IMG/VR virus record: IMGVR_UViG_3300014932_000216
Location: 1 to 52,533 of that record
Strand: one strand, 5' to 3'
Length of the DNA: 52,533 bases
Source: a virus
Lineage: Duplodnaviria; Caudoviricetes
Shown here: positions 18,425-27,966 of the stretch, in pieces
Layout: the number at the start of each line of letters is the position of its first letter
Position numbering within the stretch: the stretch's first letter is position 1
The notes under the pieces: generated by a model
What the model was told of the DNA's origin: nothing
What the model saw: the letters and a program-made list of their open reading frames with translations, nothing else
The model's database searches: none
Position numbers and translations under genes: made by a program

Positions 18425-20644
18425 TTATGCTGCGAATAGTTGTGCTTGTTCTTTAGATTTTTCAGCGTTCTTTACATTCTTTTCAGCAATGTTGTAGTAG
18501 CTGGTTTTTAGCTCAAACCCAATGCCTTTACGTCCCATCTGAATAGCCTTAAATACTTCACTACCTATGCCCATAAAAGGAGTTAAAACGGTATCACCAT
18601 CATTGCTCCATAGATGTATGGCCCTCTCAATAGTTTGCAGCTGCAATGGGCATATATGCTTCTCGTCTTTCTCGGCGCGGGCTTCCGTCCGGTTTAATGT
18701 TTCGCCGTAATCAATATCCATCCATACCGGGCTGGCGTATTTCTGCCATAGGTCAACCGGAATATCATCTTTTCTTACAGGGTGTTTATGTTCGCCCGGC
18801 TTACGGAATACTAAAAGATAATCGGGTATGCCCACGCGGGACATTGCAGCGTCTTTCTTTACTTGCTTATGGAGTAGTCCCAACGCCTTTGTACGTTGCA
18901 TTTCAGTAACAGGATCTTTCCATATTGTTACCCTGCTATGGTAGATAAAACCTGCATCCTGAAACGCCTGCAATATCATTCCCGAAAAATCACGCAGTCC
19001 GATATACCCCTCTTTACCTTTCTGTATTGGTAAATCCATACAGTGAACAGCAACATTGCGACCAGACCACATCACCCTAAACAGATCCGCTACAAGGAAT
19101 TTAAAGGCGGTAAAAAATTCTTTGTAATCCTTGCTATTACCCATATCCTCTAATTCATCGGAATAGGTGTATAGCTCTGCAAATGGCGGGCTGAAAATGC
19201 TAAACCCTATACTTTCATCAGGTACGGATTTAATGCCCGTTACGCAGTCTCCGAGGCGTATATCGGCCATTTCTGATTTGTAGGAACGTTCCATTCTAAT
19301 AGATTTTTTTTGGTGTTTAAATGAGCTATTCATGCTTATTTGCATTTCCTTTTGCATTTCCTCAAACTGTGCCTGTTTACGCTTTATTGATAGGATAACA
19401 TTCTGCATAGTATCAGTAGTTATCAACCATGCATTAACAGTGTTCTTTTGCCCGAAACGCCATTCTCTACGAATAGCCTGATACAATCCCTCAAAGCTAA
19501 AATCAGGGCTGGCAAATATCATGTTGTGGCATGACTGAAAATTCATCCCAAAACCGCCTATTTTTACTTTGGTCAATAAAACGCGAAACTCATTATTAGC
19601 AAAACCTAATAACTTATCTCGCTTCCATTCGGCACTATCTGAACCTTTTACCTCAATTGCTTCGGGTATTAGTTTACGCAACGTTTCACCTTCCTCATTC
19701 TGCTTTACCCAAATGATAAAACTTTCATCAGGCCGGGAATTAACGATTGCTGCCACTTCATCGAGCCGGACAATTTTAGTAAGTCTCAATTCTGCGTTGT
19801 GGGTAGTGGCGGATATGGCAGTATCATTAAACAAAGTGCCGTTATCTTTCTTTTCGGTAACGATCATTTTTTCTATATACTCCAATGGCGGCAGGTTGTA
19901 ACCTTCATCAGAAAAACCAATATCAGAAGGTTTGGAAAGCATGATAGCCCAGCTACTAACGAAGTCCCAAAATAGCTTTCCGCAATGCCCCTTCAATCTC
20001 CATTTAGCAGTTTCCCCACCATCATGCACGAAATACATTGCCAGCATTTCATTGTAATTCATGGCGTTTAGAAACTCCGCATGATTACCTAACTCCATAG
20101 GGTCGTTAGGGCTTGGTGTAGCTGTGCAGCATAGTTTATATGGCGTGTCGCCAAAGTTCTCAATTAGCAGGTTGCGGTAAGCCCCCTCAAAGTTTTTAAT
20201 GATGCTGCTTTCGTCTAATACTATCCCGGTGAAGTCAGAAGATGTGATATTTTCCAACTGCTCATAATTGGTTATATAAACAGCAGTCGGCAGATCACGC
20301 AATGAATAAAACCCCTCATGGTATTCTATCGGCTCAATGCCGATATTTATACCTTCCTGAATAGTCTGCGATACGACCGCCAAAGGAGCTAATATAATAA
20401 CAGGGCGATTTGTGAAGTTCACCACCTCATGCGCCCATGTTAATTGCTGGCGGCTCTTGCCTAATCCACAATCCTCAAACATTGCAAACCTGCCTTTCTT
20501 TAGAGCTAATTTGACGCAGTATTGCTGAAAAGGGTATAGATGTTGCCATCCGCCTGCGTGGTCAAATCCGCTATCTATGTGCGTTTTTACTTTTGTCTCT
20601 AAAAATTGATCGTAGTTCATAATCTCACTTCTTTTTAAATCCAA
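18425..20644 (-). CDS. SNF2-like helicase fused to an amino (N4/N6) DNA methyltransferase
   Basis: DCGLGKS, LDESS, TATP and QAIRREWRFGQ helicase motifs, followed by FSPPF, HICPL and TPFMGIGS methyltransferase motifs in one frame. Confidence 0.88.
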   Translation of the reverse strand: MDLKRSEIMNYDQFLETKVKTHIDSGFDHAGGWQHLYPFQQYCVKLALKKGRFAMFEDCGLGKSRQQLTWAHEVVNFTNRPVIILAPLAVVSQTIQEGINIGIEPIEYHEGFYSLRDLPTAVYITNYEQLENITSSDFTGIVLDESSIIKNFEGAYRNLLIENFGDTPYKLCCTATPSPNDPMELGNHAEFLNAMNYNEMLAMYFVHDGGETAKWRLKGHCGKLFWDFVSSWAIMLSKPSDIGFSDEGYNLPPLEYIEKMIVTEKKDNGTLFNDTAISATTHNAELRLTKIVRLDEVAAIVNSRPDESFIIWVKQNEEGETLRKLIPEAIEVKGSDSAEWKRDKLLGFANNEFRVLLTKVKIGGFGMNFQSCHNMIFASPDFSFEGLYQAIRREWRFGQKNTVNAWLITTDTMQNVILSIKRKQAQFEEMQKEMQISMNSSFKHQKKSIRMERSYKSEMADIRLGDCVTGIKSVPDESIGFSIFSPPFAELYTYSDELEDMGNSKDYKEFFTAFKFLVADLFRVMWSGRNVAVHCMDLPIQKGKEGYIGLRDFSGMILQAFQDAGFIYHSRVTIWKDPVTEMQRTKALGLLHKQVKKDAAMSRVGIPDYLLVFRKPGEHKHPVRKDDIPVDLWQKYASPVWMDIDYGETLNRTEARAEKDEKHICPLQLQTIERAIHLWSNDGDTVLTPFMGIGSEVFKAIQMGRKGIGFELKTSYYNIAEKNVKNAEKSKEQAQLFAA

Positions 20645-20709
20645 ATCCCGCGCCTTGTGAGCTAACGGGTTATTTGGTGTGGGGTGGAGTGGGGCGGTGC
20701 CTAACGGAA

Positions 20710-21141
20710 TTACATTTTCCCGAGTTCCAAAAGGAGTTGTTTTATCTTATTCTCTTGTGGCATATACGGCAACATCTTCGCCCGCATATCCTTTAGCTTT
20801 TGCAACTGTCCGTTGTACTTCATCAGCTTAAAACGTAGCTTAATATCATGCTGCCAATCTTCCGGCGAAAAACCGCACCATTTAAAAACAGGGTATTCAG
20901 ATATGCCGATTTCGGAAGCGGCGGCATGGTATTGTTCATTTTTGTTTTTCACAAAAGCGAACGCATGTAACAATTCCGACTCATTCATTGTCGAAGTAAT
21001 GTCAACACTTGAATAGTTGTTGGTGGGGTTGTAGCGAAAATTACCGTTAGTTCGGTATGCCTCGCTATGCACCTTTTCGAGTTCGGCAATATTTGCTTCT
21101 ACTTCTTTGAATTTGCTTTCTAATTCTGTTTGAAAATCCAT
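20710..21141 (-). CDS. Hypothetical protein
   Basis: 143-aa co-oriented ORF. Confidence 0.7.
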   Translation of the reverse strand: MDFQTELESKFKEVEANIAELEKVHSEAYRTNGNFRYNPTNNYSSVDITSTMNESELLHAFAFVKNKNEQYHAAASEIGISEYPVFKWCGFSPEDWQHDIKLRFKLMKYNGQLQKLKDMRAKMLPYMPQENKIKQLLLELGKM

Positions 21142-21196
21142 CTTTCTATTTTTTTTACGTGAACAATTATTTTACTTCAATTATTACTGGGGTGGG

Positions 21197-22006
21197 TTAG
21201 GCGGCGATTGCGTTTTTAACAGCGTTTTTTGCATCCCCGGCGTTCATATTTTGCCGGTCTTGTGGGGCTAGTTGGTTTAGTTGCAGGTAAGCTATTTTCG
21301 CTTTCGCTTCACTAGATGAAATTCCGTTCTGACACTCCCATAGAATGCCGCGCCGTTTGCTATCCTCGAATGTTGAAGTAGATACAAGGCTTTCGATAAA
21401 CTGCATTTGCCCATCACTTATCAGCTCTGTAAAATCTTCCACCTCTTCAACCGTTGACATGCCCATAAGAATGTCGGGGCAATAGACGCGACCGAAAAAA
21501 GCCCCGGCCCTGTATTGCATCATTTGCTCAGGCATTGTCTTCCATTTGCTGCCTGACTTATTAACCCATCCCTCACCGTTAGCCATAGCCATAGTGATTA
21601 GCGTCCCGTTAAGGCGCTCTCCTGTCTTTTTATCATTAGCCCATGCCCGGCATTGCAGCGTATCACCTTCTCCTTTCATCTCAAACCGAAGGGGCGTAAA
21701 ACGACCGCAACCGTTGATTGCAGCTATCGTGAATTGACCAGACCATGCAGGTTTTCCGTGGACTACGTACAGGTTTTGCATGACCATAACGGCGGGTAGG
21801 TTCATGCGCTGAGCTATGTCCATAGCTATAAGCGTATTGGGGATATTGTTGCGGTATGCTTCCGGGATAACCGCCGCTTTGCTTATTGCGACCGCTACGC
21901 GCTGGGCGTGTTCAAACTGGTCTTTGTTGCCGAATGATATTTCGGTTGATTGCTGGGGCTGCTGTATTTGCAACTCTGTTTGTGGCTGTAATGCTTCGTT
22001 TTCCAT
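21197..22006 (-). CDS. RecT/Redbeta-like single-strand annealing recombinase
   Basis: IPEAYR, VMQNLYVVHGKP and WKTMPEQMMQYRA motifs. Confidence 0.75.
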   Translation of the reverse strand: MENEALQPQTELQIQQPQQSTEISFGNKDQFEHAQRVAVAISKAAVIPEAYRNNIPNTLIAMDIAQRMNLPAVMVMQNLYVVHGKPAWSGQFTIAAINGCGRFTPLRFEMKGEGDTLQCRAWANDKKTGERLNGTLITMAMANGEGWVNKSGSKWKTMPEQMMQYRAGAFFGRVYCPDILMGMSTVEEVEDFTELISDGQMQFIESLVSTSTFEDSKRRGILWECQNGISSSEAKAKIAYLQLNQLAPQDRQNMNAGDAKNAVKNAIAA

Positions 22007-22031
22007 AACTATTATTTTATCTGGTTAAATT

Positions 22032-22475
22032 TTAGGCCGCTTTTCTCGATGAATTACGAATGATGGTAAACGCGTGTTGTAGCTCCTCTGCGGATGGGTA
22101 CGGAATATGCTGGTCGAGGTCGGTCGTCTGGTCTTGTTCCTCATATTCTATTTCTTGCCCGAAATGAGCCGCTATTTCGGCTTTGAATACCCATTCGAGA
22201 TGTGAGTAGGTAGCCTTTTCGATCACGTCTTTAAGTGTATCGTCCAGCATACATTTCGCGTGGTACAACTTTGTAATGTCGATACCCTCCCATTTAATGC
22301 TCTCAATGTCGAAATTGAAAACGGTGTCCCAAATATCTGCGTCAATCATCGACCATTCCGGCTCCATGTTCTTGGCGATAAACTTTGCCTTACCAATAAT
22401 TATCAGCTCTCCGAAATCCTTCTTATAGTATGGGTCGAAGTATCTAGTCTGAAATCCGAATTGTGTAGGTTCCAT
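22032..22475 (-). CDS. Hypothetical protein
   Basis: 147-aa co-oriented ORF with an A-rich leader. Confidence 0.65.
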   Translation of the reverse strand: MEPTQFGFQTRYFDPYYKKDFGELIIIGKAKFIAKNMEPEWSMIDADIWDTVFNFDIESIKWEGIDITKLYHAKCMLDDTLKDVIEKATYSHLEWVFKAEIAAHFGQEIEYEEQDQTTDLDQHIPYPSAEELQHAFTIIRNSSRKAA

Positions 22476-22623
22476 CGTTTTGAAATTTTAGTTTAAAAAA
22501 TGAAAATGTTCGATGCAGGATTGCAAGGCGTTCTGTTTGTCCATTGTTTTAGGCTTATCCCACCACGGTAAGCGTTCCAGTCCGTCCTTTGAACTATTAA
22601 AGTCTCCTTACTTTCCCAATTCA

Positions 22624-22821
22624 CTAATCCATTACGTGCATAGAATCATCAATACTCTGCTTTGGAGCGCAAGCCACTCCACCCCAAACCATCTTACCCA
22701 TATCGGCACCTGCTTTATATCTATCGTCTGCATAGTTGGAAATTGCCTCCAATATCTCAGAGTAGTTTGCCGGCGTTCCGTGCCTTTTGATTTCGGCGTA
22801 AACTTTTTCAAGTAGGTTCAT
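22624..22821 (-). CDS. Hypothetical protein
   Basis: Short co-oriented ORF. Confidence 0.5.
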   Translation of the reverse strand: MNLLEKVYAEIKRHGTPANYSEILEAISNYADDRYKAGADMGKMVWGGVACAPKQSIDDSMHVMD

Positions 22822-23107
22822 CGTTTCGTTTTTTAATTATCTTTCACATTTACTATTTAAAAATTGCAGGTACATAAACAGCCCAACAAGTGCAGCGGAG
22901 ACTAGCGTTATCGCCCAATGGTTCGCGTCCAGGTATGTTGTGAGTGCGTCCATTAGATGCCTATAAAGTCTTCGTGAGCGCAATCTCTTAGCTTCCTTTT
23001 ATAGTAGGCTACCCGCAATGAAAAGCCTATGTAAATCAGGTCTGCGACAATCGTAATGCAGATGTACGTTGCTATTATTCCGGGGTGATTTTGGATGAAG
23101 TGTATCA

Positions 23108-23323
23108 TTATCCTAGTATTTTAAAGATTCGTTTATCGTCATTGAATGTTAGCAAGCTGCGGTGTTGTCCTATCGGGCTATCAATAAGTATCTCCATTAT
23201 CTGTAACCCGCAATCTGAGCCTCTTACGTGCGTAACGGTGGCATTTAACCGCTCCGTACTATCGAATGGATCGCCACACACTTGTACTCTTTCTGATTCG
23301 GTGAAATATTGGAGGATTGGCAT
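23108..23323 (-). CDS. Hypothetical protein
   Basis: Short co-oriented ORF. Confidence 0.5.
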   Translation of the reverse strand: MPILQYFTESERVQVCGDPFDSTERLNATVTHVRGSDCGLQIMEILIDSPIGQHRSLLTFNDDKRIFKILG

Positions 23324-23331
23324 GGGTGCAA

Positions 23332-23583
23332 TTATTTACGGCTGTTCTTTACTTTGGTGCGGTAGGCGGTGCGGTTACGGCGTTTCGTAGCGAGGCGCGA
23401 ATATTGCCTTACAGACAACCCCTGTCCGCGTCCGGCACCACATCTACGTTCCGCCTTTGTCCTCAGCGTTTTAGGGTTCATGGTGCCACTATAGTCATTG
23501 CCCTTTACTGGGCTGCTAATCATTGCCATTGTTGCTGCAAGTAATGCCAGCATGCCGCGCATATTCCCGTTTCCTTGTTTCAT
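23332..23583 (-). CDS. Hypothetical basic protein
   Basis: Hydrophobic N-terminus and Arg/Lys-rich C-terminus. Confidence 0.45.
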   Translation of the reverse strand: MKQGNGNMRGMLALLAATMAMISSPVKGNDYSGTMNPKTLRTKAERRCGAGRGQGLSVRQYSRLATKRRNRTAYRTKVKNSRK

Positions 23584-23621
23584 AAATCAGTTTTTGAGGT
23601 TAAAAGCGAACTTGCCTTCAC

Positions 23622-23656
23622 CCAGAAAGCCCCGCCGTGTTATGGCGGGGTTCTGG
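23622..23656 (-). terminator. GC-rich hairpin, putative terminator
   Basis: CCAGAAAGCCCCGCC / GGCGGGGTTCTGG stem; shares AAAGCCCCGCCGTGTT with 34508..34540. Confidence 0.5.
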
Positions 23657-23671
23657 TTAACACACACATCT

Positions 23672-23989
23672 TTACTCTGCTGGCGCTACTTCCGTGGCCG
23701 GTGCGGTCACATTAGCCAATGCGTCAAGATTTGACACAGCGGCATTTAAGTCCGCGAGGCTTGCATCCGAAATGGTGTTTTCGGGATTGCTGATAACATT
23801 TGTCAGCATCGTTTTGATCGCTGTTGCATCGTTGTTGATGCGGGTTACTAAACCCTCAATTGTGGTACTCTGGTCTGCCATCTTGTTTAGTTTTAGGCGG
23901 GTTAACAATAAAAGAGCTATAATGAATAGTAGCATTGCGAAGAACGCAACAACTATTACTATTTGTTCGGTCGGGGTGAATGTTTGCAT
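23672..23989 (-). CDS. Hypothetical membrane-anchored coiled-coil protein
   Basis: One N-terminal transmembrane segment followed by a heptad-like region. Confidence 0.6.
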   Translation of the reverse strand: MQTFTPTEQIVIVVAFFAMLLFIIALLLLTRLKLNKMADQSTTIEGLVTRINNDATAIKTMLTNVISNPENTISDASLADLNAAVSNLDALANVTAPATEVAPAE

Positions 23990-24176
23990 GGTCCGTTATT
24001 TAAAAATGTAAAGGCAGTAAAGCGTAAACCATGTTGCGGAAATACCTAGCGCAAGCAATACGTATTTTGTATAGTTGCCGCCATCTGTGCCGCCAAGGTC
24101 ATACTTGCCTCTGTTCATGTGGTATTCGTAATTACGTTTCATGATGATTTGTTTGAACTTGTTTTGAATGGTGGGT

Positions 24177-24656
24177 TTATGCTGCTAAAAGTTTTTTCAA
24201 ATTCACATAAGAAAGTTTAAGGCCTTTCATTGCTTCGCGCTGCGATTTATAGATAATACCGTTGTGGGTTATGGCGATCCTATTGTTAGTTCTATGATCA
24301 CACAATCCACTTTCCCATGCGTGCGCTATATTTTCCTTAGCGGTGCACCACTCTAAATTTTCTATACTGTTATCTGTTTTTATTCCATTTATGTGGTTAA
24401 TAAATGGTTTGTTATTTTGGTTCGGCACAAAAGCTATAGCTATTAATCTGTGAACTTTTTTGTGCTTAGGGGTTCCATTTTTTGACAAGCAAACGTGCAA
24501 ATAGCCGCCTATTTCATACTGAGTTGTGGGCTGACCATTATAAAAACGCACCCTTCCGCTATTTCCCCGTAGTGTTCTATCCACACTTCTTACATTACCA
24601 AGATTGCTAACCTGATAAATACCCTCATATCCTTTTATGTCTTTCCAGATTTCCAT
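24177..24656 (-). CDS. NUMOD4-HNH homing endonuclease
   Basis: EIWKDIKGYEGIYQVSNLGNVRS, VHRLIA and INHINGIKTDNSIENLEW. Confidence 0.92.
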   Translation of the reverse strand: MEIWKDIKGYEGIYQVSNLGNVRSVDRTLRGNSGRVRFYNGQPTTQYEIGGYLHVCLSKNGTPKHKKVHRLIAIAFVPNQNNKPFINHINGIKTDNSIENLEWCTAKENIAHAWESGLCDHRTNNRIAITHNGIIYKSQREAMKGLKLSYVNLKKLLAA

Positions 24657-24904
24657 TATGCGTAAATTTTATTGTACTCTCTCAGATTTATTTGAACGCC
24701 CTCCCCTTCTCTTTCTCTGCGCAGTTCCGGGCGTTTCTTCAAAAGGTATTTTACAGACTCCCTGCTTTTCCCTGTTATCTCAATGAACTCCGGCATACGC
24801 ACCCATGTTTTATTTATCGCTTTGCCCTTAAGCATTTTGAGCAGTTCGGAAACATTCTCATTTAGTTGCCTCCATTCGTCCGCCGGTACTTGTATCAGGT
24901 TCAT
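24656..24904 (-). CDS. Excisionase-like winged-HTH protein
   Basis: Coiled N-terminus plus WVRMPEFIEITGKSRESV; located in the early operon near cro. Confidence 0.55.
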   Translation of the reverse strand: MNLIQVPADEWRQLNENVSELLKMLKGKAINKTWVRMPEFIEITGKSRESVKYLLKKRPELRREREGEGVQINLREYNKIYA

Positions 24905-24944
24905 TGTTAAAAGTTTCGTTTCGATTGGTATTATATAGCGGTTG

Positions 24945-25355
24945 TTAAATCATTGCTGATGAAAAGGTGAAGAACTTTTTTGCGTAAGATTTCGTGCTTG
25001 TGTGCACCTTATCCCTTCTGATTCCCCCATAAAGCAACTCCATAGTAGCTTTTGACTTGTGAGATAAATTCTCCGATTTAGTACACCATTCCAGATTTTT
25101 AACTCTCGCATCTGTCTTGTCGAAATTTCTGTGGTTCACCTCTGGCTTGTTTTCTGGGTTCGGAATAAAGGCGATTGCCACACATCTATGCACCGACACA
25201 TTGGCAATCTTTCCAGACTTATCTGGCATCGAAACCATTGGATAACCCATGCACATAACAGATTTTCTAACCAGCGTAGACCCTATTAGCCGTATGTTCC
25301 CAAGCGTACTAACCTCATATCTCGGGCACCTTTTTATTTTCTTCCACTTCTCCAT
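24945..25355 (-). CDS. NUMOD4-HNH homing endonuclease
   Basis: EKWKKI..YEVSTLGNIR, VHRCVA and VNHRNFDKTDARVKNLEW. Confidence 0.88.
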   Translation of the reverse strand: MEKWKKIKRCPRYEVSTLGNIRLIGSTLVRKSVMCMGYPMVSMPDKSGKIANVSVHRCVAIAFIPNPENKPEVNHRNFDKTDARVKNLEWCTKSENLSHKSKATMELLYGGIRRDKVHTSTKSYAKKFFTFSSAMI

Positions 25356-25393
25356 GTTAAAACGTATTAACTTTTTTTGGAACTAAAATTGTT

Positions 25394-25609
25394 TTAGGCA
25401 GCTAACGCTTTTCGTATGATTTCTGTGTTGGTTGGTGATGCGCTTCCGTAAAGCATAGTTCTTTCTAATGTTGACCGAGGTATGCCGATTTCGTCCGCAG
25501 CCTGCGATAAAGAAGGATATTTAGCTACATACTTCGCTAAAGCATTTTTTTCTTTTGGCAGAAGCGGTGCGCTTTTATACTTTTTTGTAACTTGGTTGCT
25601 TGTTGGCAT
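25394..25609 (-). CDS. Cro-like HTH regulator
   Basis: SLSQAADEIGIPRSTLER HTH; first gene of the early operon, divergent from 25720. Confidence 0.75.
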   Translation of the reverse strand: MPTSNQVTKKYKSAPLLPKEKNALAKYVAKYPSLSQAADEIGIPRSTLERTMLYGSASPTNTEIIRKALAA

Positions 25610-25719
25610 TTTGTAGTTATTTTGTCGTGATTATAACACAAAGCTAAACATTCTTTAGATAACTTGTACACTTTTACTAAAATATTTTTAAAGAAATTTA
25701 AAACTAATACGAAAATGCC
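25610..25719. promoter_or_regulatory. Divergent lysis/lysogeny control region
   Basis: AT-rich gap between divergent HTH genes, with TAGCTTTG on the minus strand at 25639-25646. Confidence 0.65.
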
Positions 25720-26235
25720 ATGAAAACGTTACTGCAAGCGGTTTACGATGATTTGCTCCATGAAGGGAAAGTTAAGAGCAAGACGGATTTGGGGCTGAAA
25801 TTAGAGCTTTCAAGGGGTAGAATAAGCCAAGTTATCGCATCTAATGATCCGTTACCTAAAACAATGCAAGAAAAGCTAAACAAACTTTATGGATATTCTC
25901 TGGAATGGCTTGCTAGTAATGGAAAACAAGGCACAATGTTTGCTCGAAATGGAGCGCATGAAAGAAAGCATGAAACAAATAGCGAAACAATTAAAAATGA
26001 CAAATTAAATATTAATCCTCAATTACAATTCGGTACAGATTTTGACGTTAGTAAAAGTTCACCAAGCACCCAAACAGATATGGATAGAATACTAAGAATT
26101 GCCGAACGCCTATCAATTGCGATAGAAGAAGATGCCTTTACGAAAAGAGAACTGGCAAAAACATTAACCTACTTCCGCGAGATGGCGGAAGAAAACCGGG
26201 AACGCGGTAGCGAACGATCAAAAAAGACGGCCTAA
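25720..26235 (+). CDS. CI-like repressor (XRE HTH)
   Basis: KSKTDLGLKLELSRGRISQV HTH and YSLEWLASNGKQGTMF; divergent from cro and upstream of int. Confidence 0.75.
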   Translation: MKTLLQAVYDDLLHEGKVKSKTDLGLKLELSRGRISQVIASNDPLPKTMQEKLNKLYGYSLEWLASNGKQGTMFARNGAHERKHETNSETIKNDKLNINPQLQFGTDFDVSKSSPSTQTDMDRILRIAERLSIAIEEDAFTKRELAKTLTYFREMAEENRERGSERSKKTA

Positions 26236-26361
26236 TTACACCCTTCTACCCGCCTATCAAAAGAAAATTAGTATCACCAAGAATACATGAAATCTATTAG
26301 AAATACACCAACAAATAATACACCTCGGACGAAAGCCCCTAGAATCAACACATAGGCTTTA

Positions 26362-26375
26362 CCAACGGAATCACT
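26362..26375 (+). other. Candidate attP core (tRNA 3' end fragment)
   Basis: CCAACGGAATCACT resembles the T-stem/acceptor 3' end of Bacteroidota tRNA-Arg or tRNA-Lys. It is followed by a hairpin and lies upstream of int. Confidence 0.5.
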
Positions 26376-26384
26376 CTAAAAATG

Positions 26385-26439
26385 AAGCCCACAGCGTATT
26401 CCCGTTGTGGGCTTTGTGTTTACCGGGATTCCCGGTAAA
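26385..26439 (+). terminator. Terminator-like hairpin plus a 21-bp palindrome upstream of int
   Basis: AAGCCCACAGCG / CGTTGTGGGCTT stem, then TTTACCGGGA-T-TCCCGGTAAA. Confidence 0.55.
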
Positions 26440-26516
26440 ATAGTTGGGTTAAAATGGGGCAAAAAGTGTACTATTGTTGCTATAAATAATACACAAATAA
26501 GCAACGGCAAGACACC

Positions 26517-27680
26517 ATGAAACTACCTACCGTAAAAAACGTGCTTCGTAAGAAATTCAAGGGGGACAAAGAGGGTTATCTTTTCCTTCGTGTTGGTATG
26601 CCTGGTAATAAGATTCCAAAATTCAGGTCGTACAACTACAAGATTCCGGCGGCGCAATGGGACGAAGTGAGCGAGGTTGTAAAAAAGCCTCATATTGATG
26701 CTGGCCAGATAAATGCGGAGATAAGTGCGGAGAAAGACCGCATAGCTGATTTACTTAAATCGGAAGCCCGTAAAGGAACGACAATAACCAGTGATTATAT
26801 AGATGCCGTTCTTAACCCATCGGCCTCGCACGGGTCGTTCCTGCGATTCTACGATAGCTTTATTGAATTGCAGCGCACGAGGCATAGTAAAGGATATGCC
26901 GACCATCTGCTTATTGAGTATAACGGTGTAAAGCGATTTGCCGGGAATAACTTGCAGTTTGAGGACATTACCAGCGATTTCCTAGAGCGGTACGAAATGA
27001 GCCTTGCAAGCGGCAAAAAAAAGATTGCAGGCACCACCTTACATATCAAGATGAAGCGATTAAAAGAAGTTATTGCAAAGGCTGTTGATCGCGGGCATAT
27101 CGAAAAGAAAAAAGTAGCCGGGTATAAATACCCACCATATCCTGAGCCGGAGACGTTTTATTTGACGCTGGAGCAAGCGGATAAGATTTTCAACAATCTA
27201 AAGTCGGGTATTTATGACTATGACAGCAATGTAAGGTCGGTTGTTGCTTTCTTTCTGGTGGAATGCTTCTCAGGGATCCGGTTTAGTGACTGGAAACGAT
27301 TTGAGATTGAAAAGCTACTGCATGATGACAATTTGAAGGTAAGGGCAAAAAAGAACGGGGAGCCTGTTTACTTACCGCTAAGGGTATTTAAAAGGCTTGG
27401 GGCTATCATTGACTATATATCGGCAAACAAGGTCGCGTTTGACCTAGAGGAACAAAGTACGAACAGGATATTAAAATCTATAGGGCATGATTTGAAATTA
27501 AAGTTCCCGCTAACAACCCATGTGGGCCGGAGAACATGCGGGACTATGCTTGGTGAGCTCGGCTACTCTACGAGGGCGATTGCCGAGGTGTTGGGCATTA
27601 CAGAAATGACGGCAAAAAGATACGTGAAGCAGACCCGCCAGTCGTTAAATAATGAGTTTGAAAAGTTCGGCGGTATATAG
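26517..27680 (+). CDS. int: Tyrosine integrase
   Basis: Arm-binding N-terminus, SAM-like core, GIRFSD, K, THVGRRT and C-terminal KRY. Confidence 0.93.
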   Translation: MKLPTVKNVLRKKFKGDKEGYLFLRVGMPGNKIPKFRSYNYKIPAAQWDEVSEVVKKPHIDAGQINAEISAEKDRIADLLKSEARKGTTITSDYIDAVLNPSASHGSFLRFYDSFIELQRTRHSKGYADHLLIEYNGVKRFAGNNLQFEDITSDFLERYEMSLASGKKKIAGTTLHIKMKRLKEVIAKAVDRGHIEKKKVAGYKYPPYPEPETFYLTLEQADKIFNNLKSGIYDYDSNVRSVVAFFLVECFSGIRFSDWKRFEIEKLLHDDNLKVRAKKNGEPVYLPLRVFKRLGAIIDYISANKVAFDLEEQSTNRILKSIGHDLKLKFPLTTHVGRRTCGTMLGELGYSTRAIAEVLGITEMTAKRYVKQTRQSLNNEFEKFGGI

Positions 27681-27716
27681 GCCGGCTCGATGCCGCTATG
27701 GCGTTGTGGGAGAAAT

Positions 27717-27743
27717 AAAAAAGCCCCCATTTACGAAGGGGGC
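27717..27743 (-). terminator. Intrinsic terminator of the tmRNA gene
   Basis: GCCCCC-TTCGTAAAT-GGGGGC followed by T6. Confidence 0.8.
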
Positions 27744-27962
27744 AAGTTTCGTTAGGCGGCGATACTCACAGAGTACCGAGGCGTAAAGGCAATAGTTCTG
27801 CCGTTTATTGTTACATCTCCTCTTCTTCCCATCCCTTGCTGTCAAAACCAGTCGGCCCCGGTAATTTATCTATAAGGCGATGTTCTTACTCATCGCTTTG
27901 TGGAGCCGGTGGGAGTCGAACCCACGTCCAAACAAGTTTTCAAAAAGCGTCAACGGTTATGC
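27717..27962 (-). ncRNA. ssrA: Circularly permuted (two-piece) tmRNA gene
   Basis: The acceptor piece ...GGACGTGGGTTCGACTCCCACCGGCTCCA ends at 27901 and precedes a 41-nt spacer. The coding piece GGGGCCGACTGGTTTTGACAG starts at 27859. The acceptor stem has G3:U70, and the tag ORF at 27802..27752 encodes GRTIAFTPRYSVSIAA*. Confidence 0.88.
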
Positions 27963-27966
27963 TTTG

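Noticed and set aside
27898-27930. tRNA gene, or a simple attP duplication of the ssrA 3' end
   Set aside because: There is no D-arm or anticodon arm upstream of the T-arm. The matching 5' half, tag ORF and terminator lie downstream, which a plain att fragment would not include. Additional use as an att site is not fully excluded.
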